A stretch of DNA of 64,000 nucleotides from Candidatus Latescibacterota bacterium (GTDB lineage Bacteria > Latescibacterota > UBA2968 > GCA-2709665), in NCBI GenBank assembly GCA_965226795.1, contig CBDDDZ010000005.1:672001-736000 (forward strand), written 5' to 3'. The notes beneath the pieces are model-generated. The model ran no database searches. It saw only the letters and a program-made list of their open reading frames with translations, and had not been told where the DNA came from. Position 1 is the stretch's first letter. Each line of letters begins with the position of its first letter. Position numbers and translations under genes: made by a program. Below, piece after piece: positions 1 to 10,484 of the stretch.

Positions 1-1
1 G

Positions 2-370
2 CTTCTCCTCCCACAGCAACTTCTTGTTTTTCGCATCGTAGCAACTGACATCCAGAAAAACCGATATCTGGAACTGATCCTCCTGGCCGCGGTAGGTGAA
101 GGGGTCGTCCCGCACCTCCACAATCGTGCCGCGAAGCACGATATCCGCACGGTCCTCGTCCATCACGCGCAGCGCCGCATCCTGCAGGAACGCCTGGATC
201 AGGCTGTCCGTGAGCGCCTGCTGGATTTCCGGCTCCAGGCTTTCGTTCTCCATCAGCGGAATGGCCACCGAACGAAAACCCGCCCCGCCGGTGGCCGATG
301 TCGAATAGTACGCGCATCCGCCCAGCCAGAGCAGCAACAGTGCCGTGACAGGAAGAAGAGAACGGTTCAA
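2..370 (-). CDS. LptE-family LPS-assembly lipoprotein (runs off the window edge)
   Basis: Not in the ORF track; my translation from TTG at 370, overlapping the upstream stop (TTGA), gives MNRSLLPVTALLLLWLGGCAYYSTSATGGAGFRSVAIPLMENESLEPEIQQALTDSLIQAF...ADIVLRGTI. It has a lipobox LGGC and the LptE-like 'SVAIP..EN.S.EP' pattern. Confidence 0.75.
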   Translation of the reverse strand, partial: MNRSLLPVTALLLLWLGGCAYYSTSATGGAGFRSVAIPLMENESLEPEIQQALTDSLIQAFLQDAALRVMDEDRADIVLRGTIVEVRDDPFTYRGQEDQFQISVFLDVSCYDAKNKKLLWEEK

Positions 371-783
371 TCCGACTCCTCCTTCGACTCCGCGGACGCC
401 TCGTCCTTCGGCGCCTCTGCTTCAGCGGCTTCGGCAGCGTCGCCGCCGTTTTTCTCCGCGGGCGCATCGGCGTCGGCCGTGGGCGCTTCGGCCTCGTCCG
501 GTACTTTGTTAACCTCGTCGATATAATTCATCCTCAATTCGTAAAGCGCGTGTTCCAGGAACTTCTGTTCGTTGTCGCTGAGATTGCCTTTCGTTTTCGC
601 CTGCAGCATTCCAAGTATGTCAATGGTGTTTTTTGCCTGGGCAAGGTCCCGTTCCACCTTGTTGGTCGCAGGGTTCATCACCTTGCCTATGTGCTGCCAG
701 GCCGCCCCCTGAAACATCAGCACAACCTGCATGAACAGAAACTCGTTAATCTGCTCCTGTGTAATCGGCTCGCTCTCACCCAT
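367..783 (-). CDS. DUF1844 domain protein
   Basis: ERDLAQAKNTIDILGMLQAKTKGNLSDNE..FLEHALYELRMNY matches the DUF1844 pattern; acidic C-terminal tail; SD AGGAGG upstream. Confidence 0.85.
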   Translation of the reverse strand: MGESEPITQEQINEFLFMQVVLMFQGAAWQHIGKVMNPATNKVERDLAQAKNTIDILGMLQAKTKGNLSDNEQKFLEHALYELRMNYIDEVNKVPDEAEAPTADADAPAEKNGGDAAEAAEAEAPKDEASAESKEESD

Positions 784-831
784 GTCAACAACCTCCTTGA
801 AATAAAAGATTTAGGGGCATGGACTACCACC

Positions 832-911
832 TTTTGCCTCTTGCTTCTTACGTCTCACCTCTTACATTTAACCGCTTTTTCCGTCTCACGTCTTGCTTCT
901 CACGTCTCGCC
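832..911. repeat. Degenerate heptamer tandem repeats (TCTYRCN)
   Basis: tcttgct tcttacg tctcacc tcttaca (839-866) and tctcacg tcttgct tctcacg tctcgcc (884-911). Confidence 0.6.
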
Positions 912-1532
912 GTGTAACGCGGTTTCAAGCCGCGCTATCGCCGATTCAGCGTTCGCCCATCCGCGAACGATGTCGATCTGCGCGTCGCCCCGCTTCACGA
1001 CCACGCTTGGAAACTCCCGTACGGCCATTGAGCGGCGCAGGTTGAAGCCCTCCTGCAATAGCGCTTCGATCTCAGCCGATCTGATATCCCTCTCAAACCG
1101 ATCCACGTCCAGTGACGGTGACAGCGTCCCGGCGACCGCCGTCAGCGTTTCGATATCCGAGGGGTTCCGCGCCTCCTGGTAATACGCCCGCTGGATGGCG
1201 TCGAACATATCGGGCACGGCGTCTTCACGCTGCGCCCTCGCCGCCAGCACCGCACGGCAGGCGGGGTAGGTCGACCGGCGGGGTTTGCATTTGCGCCAGA
1301 AGTCCCAGTTGAATTCCGCCCGCGTCGTTGCCGTAACGTCCCGCCAGTTCCGCTGCACGTACGCGCGCGTCTCGTCCGGCATCGGATCGTCCGAATCCCT
1401 CGCAAGCCCGCCCATCACGTACATCACCGGAACAGCCTCCGGAAGGGCCGAAACGATCTCCTGCAGCACCGGCCTGAACCCCCAGCACCACGAACACATC
1501 GGGTCTGCCACGTAATAAAGTCGGGAATTCAT
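900..1532 (-). CDS. DsbA/FrnE-like thioredoxin-fold protein
   Basis: YYVADPMCSWCWGF (CxxC) and cis-Pro motif EFPS; start moved to ATG 1532, which has SD GAGG. Confidence 0.9.
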   Translation of the reverse strand: MNSRLYYVADPMCSWCWGFRPVLQEIVSALPEAVPVMYVMGGLARDSDDPMPDETRAYVQRNWRDVTATTRAEFNWDFWRKCKPRRSTYPACRAVLAARAQREDAVPDMFDAIQRAYYQEARNPSDIETLTAVAGTLSPSLDVDRFERDIRSAEIEALLQEGFNLRRSMAVREFPSVVVKRGDAQIDIVRGWANAESAIARLETALHGET

Positions 1533-1876
1533 TTTTCGTTCCTCTCGAGGCTTCGTACCGGAAGGCGAGCCGTGTCGATGGGACCGGCTTGAATCGGCGT
1601 AAACGGAACGGCGCTTGACACCGGCTGCAACATTCCCGGCACGGGTACATGGGTACAATATTAAAGACGCAGGCTGAAAAAGGCAAGCATATCGACCCTG
1701 TCCATGGCTGCGCAATGTCGATCCTGACGGCCATTCCGCCGGCCCGATAAAATCCGCTTGCGCCTGCATATCACTTGTGAGTACGTTTCTCTTGAATTTT
1801 CTTGCCAACCCCGTCCCGTACCGGGGTTCGGTGTCGGAACAGCGAAATCGGAAAACATACAAAAAGGAGGTCGCCC

Positions 1877-2341
1877 GTGAACGTGGAAGTCACAATTAAC
1901 GGCGAGCGACACAGCCACGACGTGGAGCCCAGGCTGCTGCTTGTGCATTATCTGCGCGACGTTGTCGGCCTGACAGGTACCCACGTAGGCTGTGAAACCA
2001 GCCTCTGCGGCGCCTGTACCGTGATGCTCAACGGGCAGGCGGTCAAATCCTGTACCCTGCTAACGGTACAGGCGAACGGCGCCGAAATCACCACCATCGA
2101 AGGTCTGGCCGAAAACGGCGAACTGCATCCGGTCCAGGAGGGCTTCTGGGAGTGCCACGGCCTGCAGTGCGGTTTCTGCACGCCGGGTATGATCATAGCC
2201 GCCCACCAGCTGCTGCAGCGCAACGCGCGGCCCACCGAGGCGCAGATCCGGCGCGGTATCGAGGGCAACCTCTGCCGCTGCACCGGGTACCAGCACATTG
2301 TGGACGCCGTCCAGTACGCAGCCAGAAAAATGAGACCCTAA
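1877..2341 (+). CDS. coxS: CoxS-like [2Fe-2S] small subunit of a xanthine/CO dehydrogenase-family enzyme
   Basis: [35 protein letters not shown] start 1877 after AGGAGG. Confidence 0.92.
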   Translation: MNVEVTINGERHSHDVEPRLLLVHYLRDVVGLTGTHVGCETSLCGACTVMLNGQAVKSCTLLTVQANGAEITTIEGLAENGELHPVQEGFWECHGLQCGFCTPGMIIAAHQLLQRNARPTEAQIRRGIEGNLCRCTGYQHIVDAVQYAARKMRP

Positions 2342-2354
2342 AAGGAGGTCTTCC

Positions 2355-4685
2355 ATGCCTGTCAGCAAGTCAGTAGGCGCCAGAATCAAGCGCAGGGAAG
2401 ATCCCCGGTTGATTCAGGGCCTTGCGGAGTACGTAGACGACATCCAACTGCCCGGAACGCTGCACGTCGCCGTCGTCCGCAGCCCGTACGGACACGCGCA
2501 CATCCGGGGCATCGACACCGCCGCCGCCGCAGGCCACCCCGGCGTGGCCGCCGTGGTTACCGGCAACGATCTCAAAGACAATATCGGCACCGTTCCCTGC
2601 GCCACCACCGATCCCGTAGCCTTTCCCGGCATCCAGGTCCCGGAGCATCCGGTTCTGGCCCATGGCAAAGTGCGTTTCGTAGGCGAGCCGGTCGCCGCCG
2701 TCGTGGCCGACTGTCCCTATACCGCCACGGACGCGGCCGAACTCATCGAGGTCGACTACGACCCGCTCGACGCCGTCAATTCTGCCGAGACCGCGCTCAG
2801 GGACGGCGCGCCCCTGCTGCACGAACAGTTCGGCAGCAACCAGGCCTTCACCTGGGCCATTACCGGTGGCGACATCGACGACGCCTTCGCCCAGGCCGAC
2901 CGTGTGGTCAGACAGCGCTTCGACCACCAGCGTCTGGTCCCGAGCCCCCTGGAGACCCGGGGCGTTGTCGCCCGGTTTCAACCCGGCGACGGGAAACTCA
3001 CCGTCTGGTCTTCCACCCAGATCCCGCATCTGCTCAAGACCCAGCTGTCCATCATTCTCAACCGGCCCGAACAACTCGTCCAGGTCATCGCCCCCGAAGT
3101 GGGCGGCGGCTTCGGCTGCAAGCTGAACGTGTACGCCGAGGAAGCCCTGGTGGGGTATCTCGCAATCCAGCTCAAAAAGCCGGTCAAATGGATCGAAAGC
3201 CGGCGGGAGAACTTCCTGCACACGATCCACGGGCGCGACCAGATCGGCGACGTGGAAATCCCTGTCAAGAACGACGGAACCATCCTGGGCCTCAGATACA
3301 CGGTGCAGGCCGACGTGGGCGCCTACTATCAACTACTGACCCCCGCCATCCCGACCCTCACCGGATTGATGCTCTGCGGCTGTTACAGGTTCCAGAACGT
3401 CTCCATGGAACTCACCGCCGCCTTCACCAACAAGATGGCCACCGATGCCTACCGTGGCGCGGGGAGGCCGGAAGCCACCTACCTCGTCGAACGCATGCTG
3501 GACTGCGTGGCCTTCGATCTGGACATGGATCCACTTGAGGTCCGCCGCAAGAACTTTATCGGCAAAGACGAGTTCCCGTTTACGTCCGGTACGGGCGTCG
3601 CGTACGACAGCGGCAACTACGACAACGCGCTGAACAAGGCGCTCAGGAAGATCGACTACGAGGGTTTCCGGAAGGAACAGGAAGAGGCCCGCGAACAGGG
3701 CCGGTACCTGGGCATCGGCTTCTCTACCTACGTGGAAATCTGCGGGATGGGGCCCTCGGCGGCCATGCCGGCAGGCGGCTGGGAAAGCGGCACCGTTCGC
3801 GTGGACCCCACGGGCAAAGTCACCGTTCTCACAGGGGTATCGCCCCACGGCCAGGGCCAGGAAACCACGTTTGCGCAACTCATCGCCGACGGACTGGGGG
3901 TGGACATCGACGATGTCCGCATCATCCATGGCGATACCGAAGCCGTTCAATACGGCATCGGCACGTTCGGCTCCCGCGCGACCGCGGTGGGCGGCACGGC
4001 CATGGTGATGGCCATGGAGAAGATTAAGGAAAAAGCCTTCAATATCGCCGCGCACCTTCTGGAGAGCAATCCTCAGGACATCGTCGTCGAAGACGGAAAA
4101 TACGGCGTCAAGGGTTCGCCCGACCAGGGCGTGACCCTGATGGAAATATCAATGGCCGCCCACGGGGGCGTGAATCTGCCGCCGGATACCGAACCGGGCA
4201 TGGTTGCCACCCACTTCTTCGAACCCTCCAACTTCACCTATCCGTTCGGCACCCACATTGCCATCGTGGAAGTGGACGGAGACACCGGCGAAGTGGCCAT
4301 CCTGCGGTATATCGCGGTTGACGACTGCGGCAAGATCATCAACCCGATGATCGTCGAGGGTCAGATCCATGGGGGCATCGCCCAGGGTCTGGGCCAGGCG
4401 CTTTACGAGGAAGCCATTTACGACGAGAACGGGCAGATGCTCACCGGATCGTTCATGGACTATGCCCTGCCCAAGGCGCACAACCTCCCGCGCTTCGAAC
4501 TGGACAACACGGTCACGCCTTCTCCCGTGAACCCCATGGGCGTCAAGGGCGTGGGAGAGGCGGGCACCATCGGCTCAACGCCGTCCATCGTCAACGCGGT
4601 GGTCGATGCGCTCAAGCCATTCGGCGTCCGCCATATCGACATGCCGCTGCGTCCTGAAAAACTCTGGAAGCTGATGCAGGCGTAG
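2355..4685 (+). CDS. coxL: CoxL-like (form II) molybdopterin-binding large subunit
   Basis: 776 aa; GGGFGCK, AYRGAGR (3447-3467), HGQGQET, GVKGVGEAG; SD AGGAGG. Confidence 0.9.
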   Translation: MPVSKSVGARIKRREDPRLIQGLAEYVDDIQLPGTLHVAVVRSPYGHAHIRGIDTAAAAGHPGVAAVVTGNDLKDNIGTVPCATTDPVAFPGIQVPEHPVLAHGKVRFVGEPVAAVVADCPYTATDAAELIEVDYDPLDAVNSAETALRDGAPLLHEQFGSNQAFTWAITGGDIDDAFAQADRVVRQRFDHQRLVPSPLETRGVVARFQPGDGKLTVWSSTQIPHLLKTQLSIILNRPEQLVQVIAPEVGGGFGCKLNVYAEEALVGYLAIQLKKPVKWIESRRENFLHTIHGRDQIGDVEIPVKNDGTILGLRYTVQADVGAYYQLLTPAIPTLTGLMLCGCYRFQNVSMELTAAFTNKMATDAYRGAGRPEATYLVERMLDCVAFDLDMDPLEVRRKNFIGKDEFPFTSGTGVAYDSGNYDNALNKALRKIDYEGFRKEQEEAREQGRYLGIGFSTYVEICGMGPSAAMPAGGWESGTVRVDPTGKVTVLTGVSPHGQGQETTFAQLIADGLGVDIDDVRIIHGDTEAVQYGIGTFGSRATAVGGTAMVMAMEKIKEKAFNIAAHLLESNPQDIVVEDGKYGVKGSPDQGVTLMEISMAAHGGVNLPPDTEPGMVATHFFEPSNFTYPFGTHIAIVEVDGDTGEVAILRYIAVDDCGKIINPMIVEGQIHGGIAQGLGQALYEEAIYDENGQMLTGSFMDYALPKAHNLPRFELDNTVTPSPVNPMGVKGVGEAGTIGSTPSIVNAVVDALKPFGVRHIDMPLRPEKLWKLMQA

Positions 4686-4784
4686 GCTGTCTGCCCGGCC
4701 CATCGGGGGCAACGAAAACCGGGTGACGACCGGTTGAATGCGCTCGCGTGGAAGTTCAAATTTTCGATACCTGGAGAGATTACA

Positions 4785-5651
4785 ATGATACCCAGCCCAT
4801 TCGACTATTATGCGCCGAAGACACTCAGAAAGGCGCTCAGCCTGCTTCAGGAACACGGAGACGACGCGAAGATCCTGGCAGGCGGCCACAGCCTCATCCC
4901 GCTGATGAAACTGCGGTTCGCCTCGCCGGCAACCCTCATCGACCTGGGCGGTATCACGGGTCTGCGGAAGGTCGTCGCCGGAAACGAAACCATCTCCATC
5001 GGCGCCCTGGCGACGCACTACGCGGTTGAGAGCCACCGGCTGCTGAAGTCCAGGTGCGGCCTGCTCCCGGAAACCGCCTCGGCAATTGGAGACGTCCAGG
5101 TGCGCAATCGCGGTACGGTCGGCGGCAGCCTGGTCCACGCGGACCCGGCGGCGGACTGGCCCGCCACGATGCTGGCGTTGAACGCCGAACTCGACATCTC
5201 CGGCCCCGGGGGCGAGCGGAGCGTTGCCATCGGCGATTTCTTCGAAGATCTGCTCACCACCGTCATCGGCGACGACGAAATCCTCACCCGGATCCGCATC
5301 GCCACGCCGTCGGCCAACTCCGGCGGCGCGTACGTCAAGATGCACCAGTCCGCCTCGGGATTCGCCATTTGCGGTGTTGCCGCGCAGGTAACGCGGGACA
5401 ACGGCAGCTGCGCCTCGGTCGGCATCGGCATCACTGGCGTATCGCCGGTGGCCTACAGGGCTTCGGCCGTTGAAGCCGCGCTCCAGGGGGGGCCGCTGAC
5501 CAGCGAGACCATTTCGGCGGTAGCGGAAAAGGCCGCTGAAGGCGTCGAAGAGTTCCAGGAAGACCATCACGCATCGGGCGACTATCGCGCCCATCTGGCG
5601 CGGGTCTTTACCCGCCAGGCGCTTACCCTGGCCGCGGAACGGGCGGCCTGA
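4785..5651 (+). CDS. coxM: CoxM-like FAD-binding medium subunit
   Basis: LAGGHSLIPLMKLR, QVRNRGTVGGS, HADPAAD; start at ATG 4785. Confidence 0.92.
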   Translation: MIPSPFDYYAPKTLRKALSLLQEHGDDAKILAGGHSLIPLMKLRFASPATLIDLGGITGLRKVVAGNETISIGALATHYAVESHRLLKSRCGLLPETASAIGDVQVRNRGTVGGSLVHADPAADWPATMLALNAELDISGPGGERSVAIGDFFEDLLTTVIGDDEILTRIRIATPSANSGGAYVKMHQSASGFAICGVAAQVTRDNGSCASVGIGITGVSPVAYRASAVEAALQGGPLTSETISAVAEKAAEGVEEFQEDHHASGDYRAHLARVFTRQALTLAAERAA

Positions 5652-5756
5652 CAAGCCCGGGTCCATCGATTCGATGCAAGCGCGCCGTCGACGCAACCGC
5701 ACGTCTGGCGCGCGCTTGCGCGTACACACCCCACGGAGCGCGCGGAGGAGGCGCAT

Positions 5757-6266
5757 GTGAAAATCCAGGGCACCCATACGATCAATGCGCCGCGGGAACG
5801 GGTCTTCGAAATGCTCACCGATCCTGATGCTCTCGCCAGGTGTATACCCGGCGCCAGGGAACTGAAACGGGTCGATGAGAACATGTACGAATTGGAGATC
5901 AATGCGGGCGTCGGTCCAATCAGAGGCAGTTACAGCGGCACGGTTCGTCTGGAAGACCTGAACCCGCCCGTACACTATCGGATGATCGTCGATGCGAAGG
6001 GTAAGACCGGGTTTGTCAAGGGCGAAGGCAGCATCGATCTCGGCTCCGAGGGCGACGGAACGCAGGTTTCATACAGCGGCAACGTGCAACTGGGCGGCCC
6101 CGTTGCGGCGGTAGGCCAGCGCTTGCACCTGAGCGTTTCGAAGATGATGACACGACAGCTCTTCGGCGCCATCGAGGCCGAGGCCAATGCCGCTCCTGGC
6201 GAAACCGTGAAGCACGGCATCCTGCGGGACTATCTACGCGGCAAAAAGCCTGACGCCGGATTGTAG
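5757..6266 (+). CDS. coxG: CoxG/SRPBCC-family accessory protein
   Basis: APRERVFEMLTDPDALARCIPG and GGPVAAVGQRL; follows coxM; SD GGAGG. Confidence 0.85.
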   Translation: MKIQGTHTINAPRERVFEMLTDPDALARCIPGARELKRVDENMYELEINAGVGPIRGSYSGTVRLEDLNPPVHYRMIVDAKGKTGFVKGEGSIDLGSEGDGTQVSYSGNVQLGGPVAAVGQRLHLSVSKMMTRQLFGAIEAEANAAPGETVKHGILRDYLRGKKPDAGL

Positions 6267-6373
6267 CGTTTCGCGCCCGGAAAGGCTCCGGCGATGACCG
6301 GCTGCCGCGCCGGAAAGACCCATATAAACGATGTACTTCATCTCACTTGCAATTTGCAGATCTGAGTTTCCGC

Positions 6374-6739
6374 ATGCCTCACATCGACTGGAAAGATATC
6401 CCTGTCAACGAACTGGCGCCGGGCGTGCGCATTCGGGCGCCCTATGGCGAGAATCTCATGATCTCGCTGCTGGAAATGGACGAGGGCGCGGTTGTACCGC
6501 TGCATCATCACCCGCATGAGCAGGGCGGCATTATGCTGGAGGGACGGGTCGAACTCACCATTGGCGACGTCACCCGTACGGTTGAGAAGGACGCCGCCTA
6601 TCTCATTCCGCCCAATGTCCCGCATCGGGCGGTCGCCGTGGACGGCCCCGCCGTGGTGCTGGACATCTTCAGTCCCGTCCGGGAAGACTACGTGGAACTG
6701 GGCAACCGCTACATCCCGCCGGACGACTCGCCCGGATAA
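6374..6739 (+). CDS. Cupin domain protein
   Basis: VPLHHHPHEQ, IPPNVPH and DIFSPVRED cupin motifs. Confidence 0.88.
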   Translation: MPHIDWKDIPVNELAPGVRIRAPYGENLMISLLEMDEGAVVPLHHHPHEQGGIMLEGRVELTIGDVTRTVEKDAAYLIPPNVPHRAVAVDGPAVVLDIFSPVREDYVELGNRYIPPDDSPG

Positions 6740-6778
6740 ACGCGCAGGCCGCCGTGTCGCAGAGCCTGATTCGAAAAC

Positions 6779-6813
6779 AAGAGAGGGTCGGGATTTAATC
6801 CCGACCCTCTCTT
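6779..6813. terminator. Perfect hairpin between the convergent cupin and RND genes
   Basis: aagagagggtcgggatt-t-aatcccgaccctctctt inverted repeat. Confidence 0.6.
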
Positions 6814-7050
6814 CATGCATGATCAGGAAAATACACAAAATCCACATCTCTACAAATTCCCTGCCTTCGGCGGGTTTCTTAAAACCGCGAGAAGTAAGAC
6901 GGAAGAAGCAAGAAGACCACTCCGCAACCCACCGCTTTCGCGCCATCCTTCGTGATACACTCCTACTTTCCAGTTAGCGAGACTCCGGTTACGAAGGTGT
7001 CATATGACAAAGTTACCAGCCCCTCTCCCCTCTAGCCTCTCGCTGATTCA

Positions 7051-10000
7051 CTACCTCCAACCCCGTGTCTCTTCAACTTCTGGCGAAGAGAGAATAGTAC
7101 CTGCAAACCCCCTCAGGAACCCCCGCAGGTCATCCAGGTACGTATAAAACAGAGGCACCACGAATAGCGTCAATATCGTCGACGATAACAGGCCGCCGAT
7201 CATCGTGATGCCCAGCGGGGCGTAAGGTGTTCCGAGCATGGTCGCCGATCCGGCGGCCATCGGGAACAATCCGAAGATGGTCGTGAAGGTTGTCATCAGA
7301 ATGGGCCGAAACCGGTTGTACCCGGCCTCCTCGATCGCCTCCGCACGGCTCATGCCACGCACCCGCAACCGGTTAATCATATCCACAAGCACGATCGCGT
7401 TGTTAACCACCACGCCGATCAGCAGAATGATGCCCATCCGTGCCATTTCTCCCATCACCGTATCGGTCAGGAACAGAATCCAGTACACCCCCAGAAAAGC
7501 GAACGGAATGGACAGCAACACGGAAAATGGCAGGACGAACGACTCGAACAGCACGCCCATCAGCAGAAAAACACAGGTAATCGCCATGGTGATCGCAAAC
7601 GCCATCGTATCTTCCTGTTCCCGGAACCGGGAATAGGTCTCTCCCTTGTTCCAGGAATAACCCCGCGGCATGGCGAATCCGTCCATTGCCCGATCGATCT
7701 GGGCGTATAACCCCTTCATATCCTCCTTGGTGGTGTGCGCCCTCACCCACATCCGCATTTTGCCGCCCTCCCTTCGAATGGAGCCGCTGCCTTTCGTTAC
7801 ATTGAACGTGGCGAATGCCGAAAGGGGAACCTGGGTGCCGGTTTTCGACGGGAACGGAAAACTCTTCAGTTGCGCCAGCGTCTGCCGGTCGTTCTCATCC
7901 ATAAACAGGCGGACCGAAATCTCCCGATCTTTATCGTAATAGGGCGCCAGGTTGACCCCGCGCAGCTGATAGGAAATACTGCGCCCCACGGCCTGGGGTG
8001 AGATTCCGTAGGATCGCGCCTGTTCCTTGTTGATGAGCACCTGCACTTCGTTGTCCGCAAACTCCAGATTGCTGTCCACGCTCACGACGTCCGGAATGCC
8101 CTCCAACCGTTGCCGTACCGCCTCCGACAGCCCGCCCAGGACGTCGACGTCCTCGCCATAGAGAAAGACCGAAACGCCCGGGTCGCTGCGCCAACTGGTC
8201 TGTACCGACACCCGGACGCCCACAAAGCGGGGAATAAGCTTCTTGACATCCTCGATCACCTCTGCCCTCGTCATCCGCCCCTTTACGGGGAAACCGACCT
8301 TCTTTCGAACGCTCCTGTAGAACTGTTGCCACCATGTCCGGTTCGGCTCTTCTTGCAGATAGACCCGGATAAAACCGCGTTGTCGCCAGTAACCCAGCCG
8401 CACCGTTTCAATATGGTACGGTTCACGTTTCCTATCCAAAAACGCCTCGATCTGGCCTGCAACGCGTTCCATCTCGGCTTTCCTGAAATGTGGAGGTGCA
8501 GCGAACCGGATATAAAACTCATTATTCACCCGCGCCCTTCCGGTGGTTTCTTTAATATTCGCCGCCGGATAGAAAACCGAAGCAAACAGGATGATGAATA
8601 TCAAGGTTGCGTCCCGGCGGTGGCCAAGTATCCACCGCAACCCGACATGATATTGCCTTCGCAGCCCGCGGATCGACCTGGGGTCTTCCTTTATCGTATG
8701 CCTGCCGAGCGACTTCGCCGCCAGAGGAATGAATATCAGCGCCACAAAAAGAGAACCCAGGAGCGATACGACCACCGGAATGCCGATCCGCGTGAGTCTG
8801 AACGTTAACCACATGTCTCCCGTCATAGCCATCAGAGGCAGAAAGACGACCACCGTGGTCAAGGTCGCCATCGAAATGGCCATGCCCACTTCGCTCGCAC
8901 CCGCAACCGATGCCTCGCGTGCATCCATCCCCTTTGCCCGCATTCGGTAGATGTTCTCTACAATGACAATCGCGTTGTCCACCACCATGCCCATCCCCAC
9001 CATAAGGCCCATCATCGTCAGCAGATTCAACGACCAATCCAGGAAATAAAGCACGGAAATCGTCATCATAATGCACAGTGGAATCGAGAGCGTGATCAGT
9101 GCAGTCATCCTGATTGCACGCAGAAAAAACAGCAGGACCAGGGCCGCGAACAGGGCACCCCATATCCCGGTGTTGCGAATATTGGAAATCGAATCGCGTA
9201 CCGCCTTCCCCTGATCCCACATGATGTTGAACTTCGTCCCGGTATCCGCGTCGATCCGTTTCAGTTCTTCTTTCACGCGACCGGAAACACCCACCAGATT
9301 TGCGCTCGATTCCTTGTATACATCCAGTCCCACTGCTTCTTTGCCATTGATTCGCCACGATCCCGGATCCGGCGGTCTTCCATACAGCACGTCCGCGACA
9401 TCCTTCACCATGACCGGACCGAGACCGTCTGATCGTCTGATCGGAATCCTCCGGATCTCGTCCATGTGCCGGTACCGCGCCAGTGAGCGAACGAAATACT
9501 TTTTATCCCCTTCCTGTACGTACCCACCGGCAAGCGCGAAATTCTCCCCCCGTAACGACTCCACCGCGTCCCCGGGCCGGATGCCCAGCGAACGCATCCG
9601 TTGCTGGTCCATCACCACCATGATCTCTTTCCTGAATCGCCCCCAGAAAGAAACCTTGGCCACCCCGTCGATTCGCTCCAGACGCTTTTGAACCTGGCTT
9701 TCAATAAACGCCTGGACATCCTCCACGCCCGCCGGTGGCGCAACCCCCATCCAGATGATCTCCTGATCCGTCTCCTCGTTATACTTCCAAACGCCCATTC
9801 GATCGCGTAACTCAGGCGGTAACTCCAGCTTCAGGCGGTCCAGGCGGTCCATCACCTGGTTATAGGCCAGGGACATATCGGTTTCCGGACGAAACCGAAG
9901 ACCGGCCTGCGTCCAGTCTCTGCCCGCCCAGGTGCGCAATTCACGGAGGTTTTTCACCGTTCCGAAGTACCTCTCGAACAGCCGGCAGATTTCCTGGTCG

Positions 10001-10194
10001 TTCTCTTTTGGCGACGTATCCCGGCTCTCCACCCACACCCACAGCTGCTTCCGTTCCCATCCGGAAGGGAAGGCCTGCATGCGTATTTTCATGTAGGATA
10101 CGCTACCAATCACCAGCAGCGCCACCAGACACATCGTGACCGTTACCGGCCGCGATATGGAAAGCCGCGGCAATAGCGCATGTCGGTCCTTCAC
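7051..10194 (-). CDS. AcrB/AcrD/AcrF-family RND permease
   Basis: 1047 aa; RPVTV, GMVVDNAIVIVENIYR, GVVVNNAIVLVD, RFRPILMTT; 12-TM RND layout. Confidence 0.93.
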   Translation of the reverse strand: MKDRHALLPRLSISRPVTVTMCLVALLVIGSVSYMKIRMQAFPSGWERKQLWVWVESRDTSPKENDQEICRLFERYFGTVKNLRELRTWAGRDWTQAGLRFRPETDMSLAYNQVMDRLDRLKLELPPELRDRMGVWKYNEETDQEIIWMGVAPPAGVEDVQAFIESQVQKRLERIDGVAKVSFWGRFRKEIMVVMDQQRMRSLGIRPGDAVESLRGENFALAGGYVQEGDKKYFVRSLARYRHMDEIRRIPIRRSDGLGPVMVKDVADVLYGRPPDPGSWRINGKEAVGLDVYKESSANLVGVSGRVKEELKRIDADTGTKFNIMWDQGKAVRDSISNIRNTGIWGALFAALVLLFFLRAIRMTALITLSIPLCIMMTISVLYFLDWSLNLLTMMGLMVGMGMVVDNAIVIVENIYRMRAKGMDAREASVAGASEVGMAISMATLTTVVVFLPLMAMTGDMWLTFRLTRIGIPVVVSLLGSLFVALIFIPLAAKSLGRHTIKEDPRSIRGLRRQYHVGLRWILGHRRDATLIFIILFASVFYPAANIKETTGRARVNNEFYIRFAAPPHFRKAEMERVAGQIEAFLDRKREPYHIETVRLGYWRQRGFIRVYLQEEPNRTWWQQFYRSVRKKVGFPVKGRMTRAEVIEDVKKLIPRFVGVRVSVQTSWRSDPGVSVFLYGEDVDVLGGLSEAVRQRLEGIPDVVSVDSNLEFADNEVQVLINKEQARSYGISPQAVGRSISYQLRGVNLAPYYDKDREISVRLFMDENDRQTLAQLKSFPFPSKTGTQVPLSAFATFNVTKGSGSIRREGGKMRMWVRAHTTKEDMKGLYAQIDRAMDGFAMPRGYSWNKGETYSRFREQEDTMAFAITMAITCVFLLMGVLFESFVLPFSVLLSIPFAFLGVYWILFLTDTVMGEMARMGIILLIGVVVNNAIVLVDMINRLRVRGMSRAEAIEEAGYNRFRPILMTTFTTIFGLFPMAAGSATMLGTPYAPLGITMIGGLLSSTILTLFVVPLFYTYLDDLRGFLRGFAGTILSSPEVEETRGWR

Positions 10195-10448
10195 AGAAGG
10201 CTCCTGCAGGAATCGGATTCGAACAACCCGTTTATCCGCATTGGTTCTGACAGAAGATATACATCCGGTGTATCTAAAAGCAAATCTTCAGTTCGCGCTG
10301 AGGATGTGGTCGTCTCCAAATTCGTTGGGACAACCCACTGAATTTCCCCGTAATGGCCCAGGCACGGGCAATTGATATCGCCAGGCCAAATCGCCAACCG
10401 GTTTCAGCCGTCCGCTGATTGCAATTTTCTGTTTTTCTTCCTTTACAC

Positions 10449-10477
10449 TTGACAGATTGCGTCCGAAATCCTATTTT
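10449..10477 (+). promoter_or_regulatory. Sigma70-type promoter for the T-box-pheST transcript
   Basis: TTGACA (10449-10454), 17 nt spacer, TATTTT (10472-10477). Confidence 0.65.
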
Positions 10478-10484
10478 TTCACCC

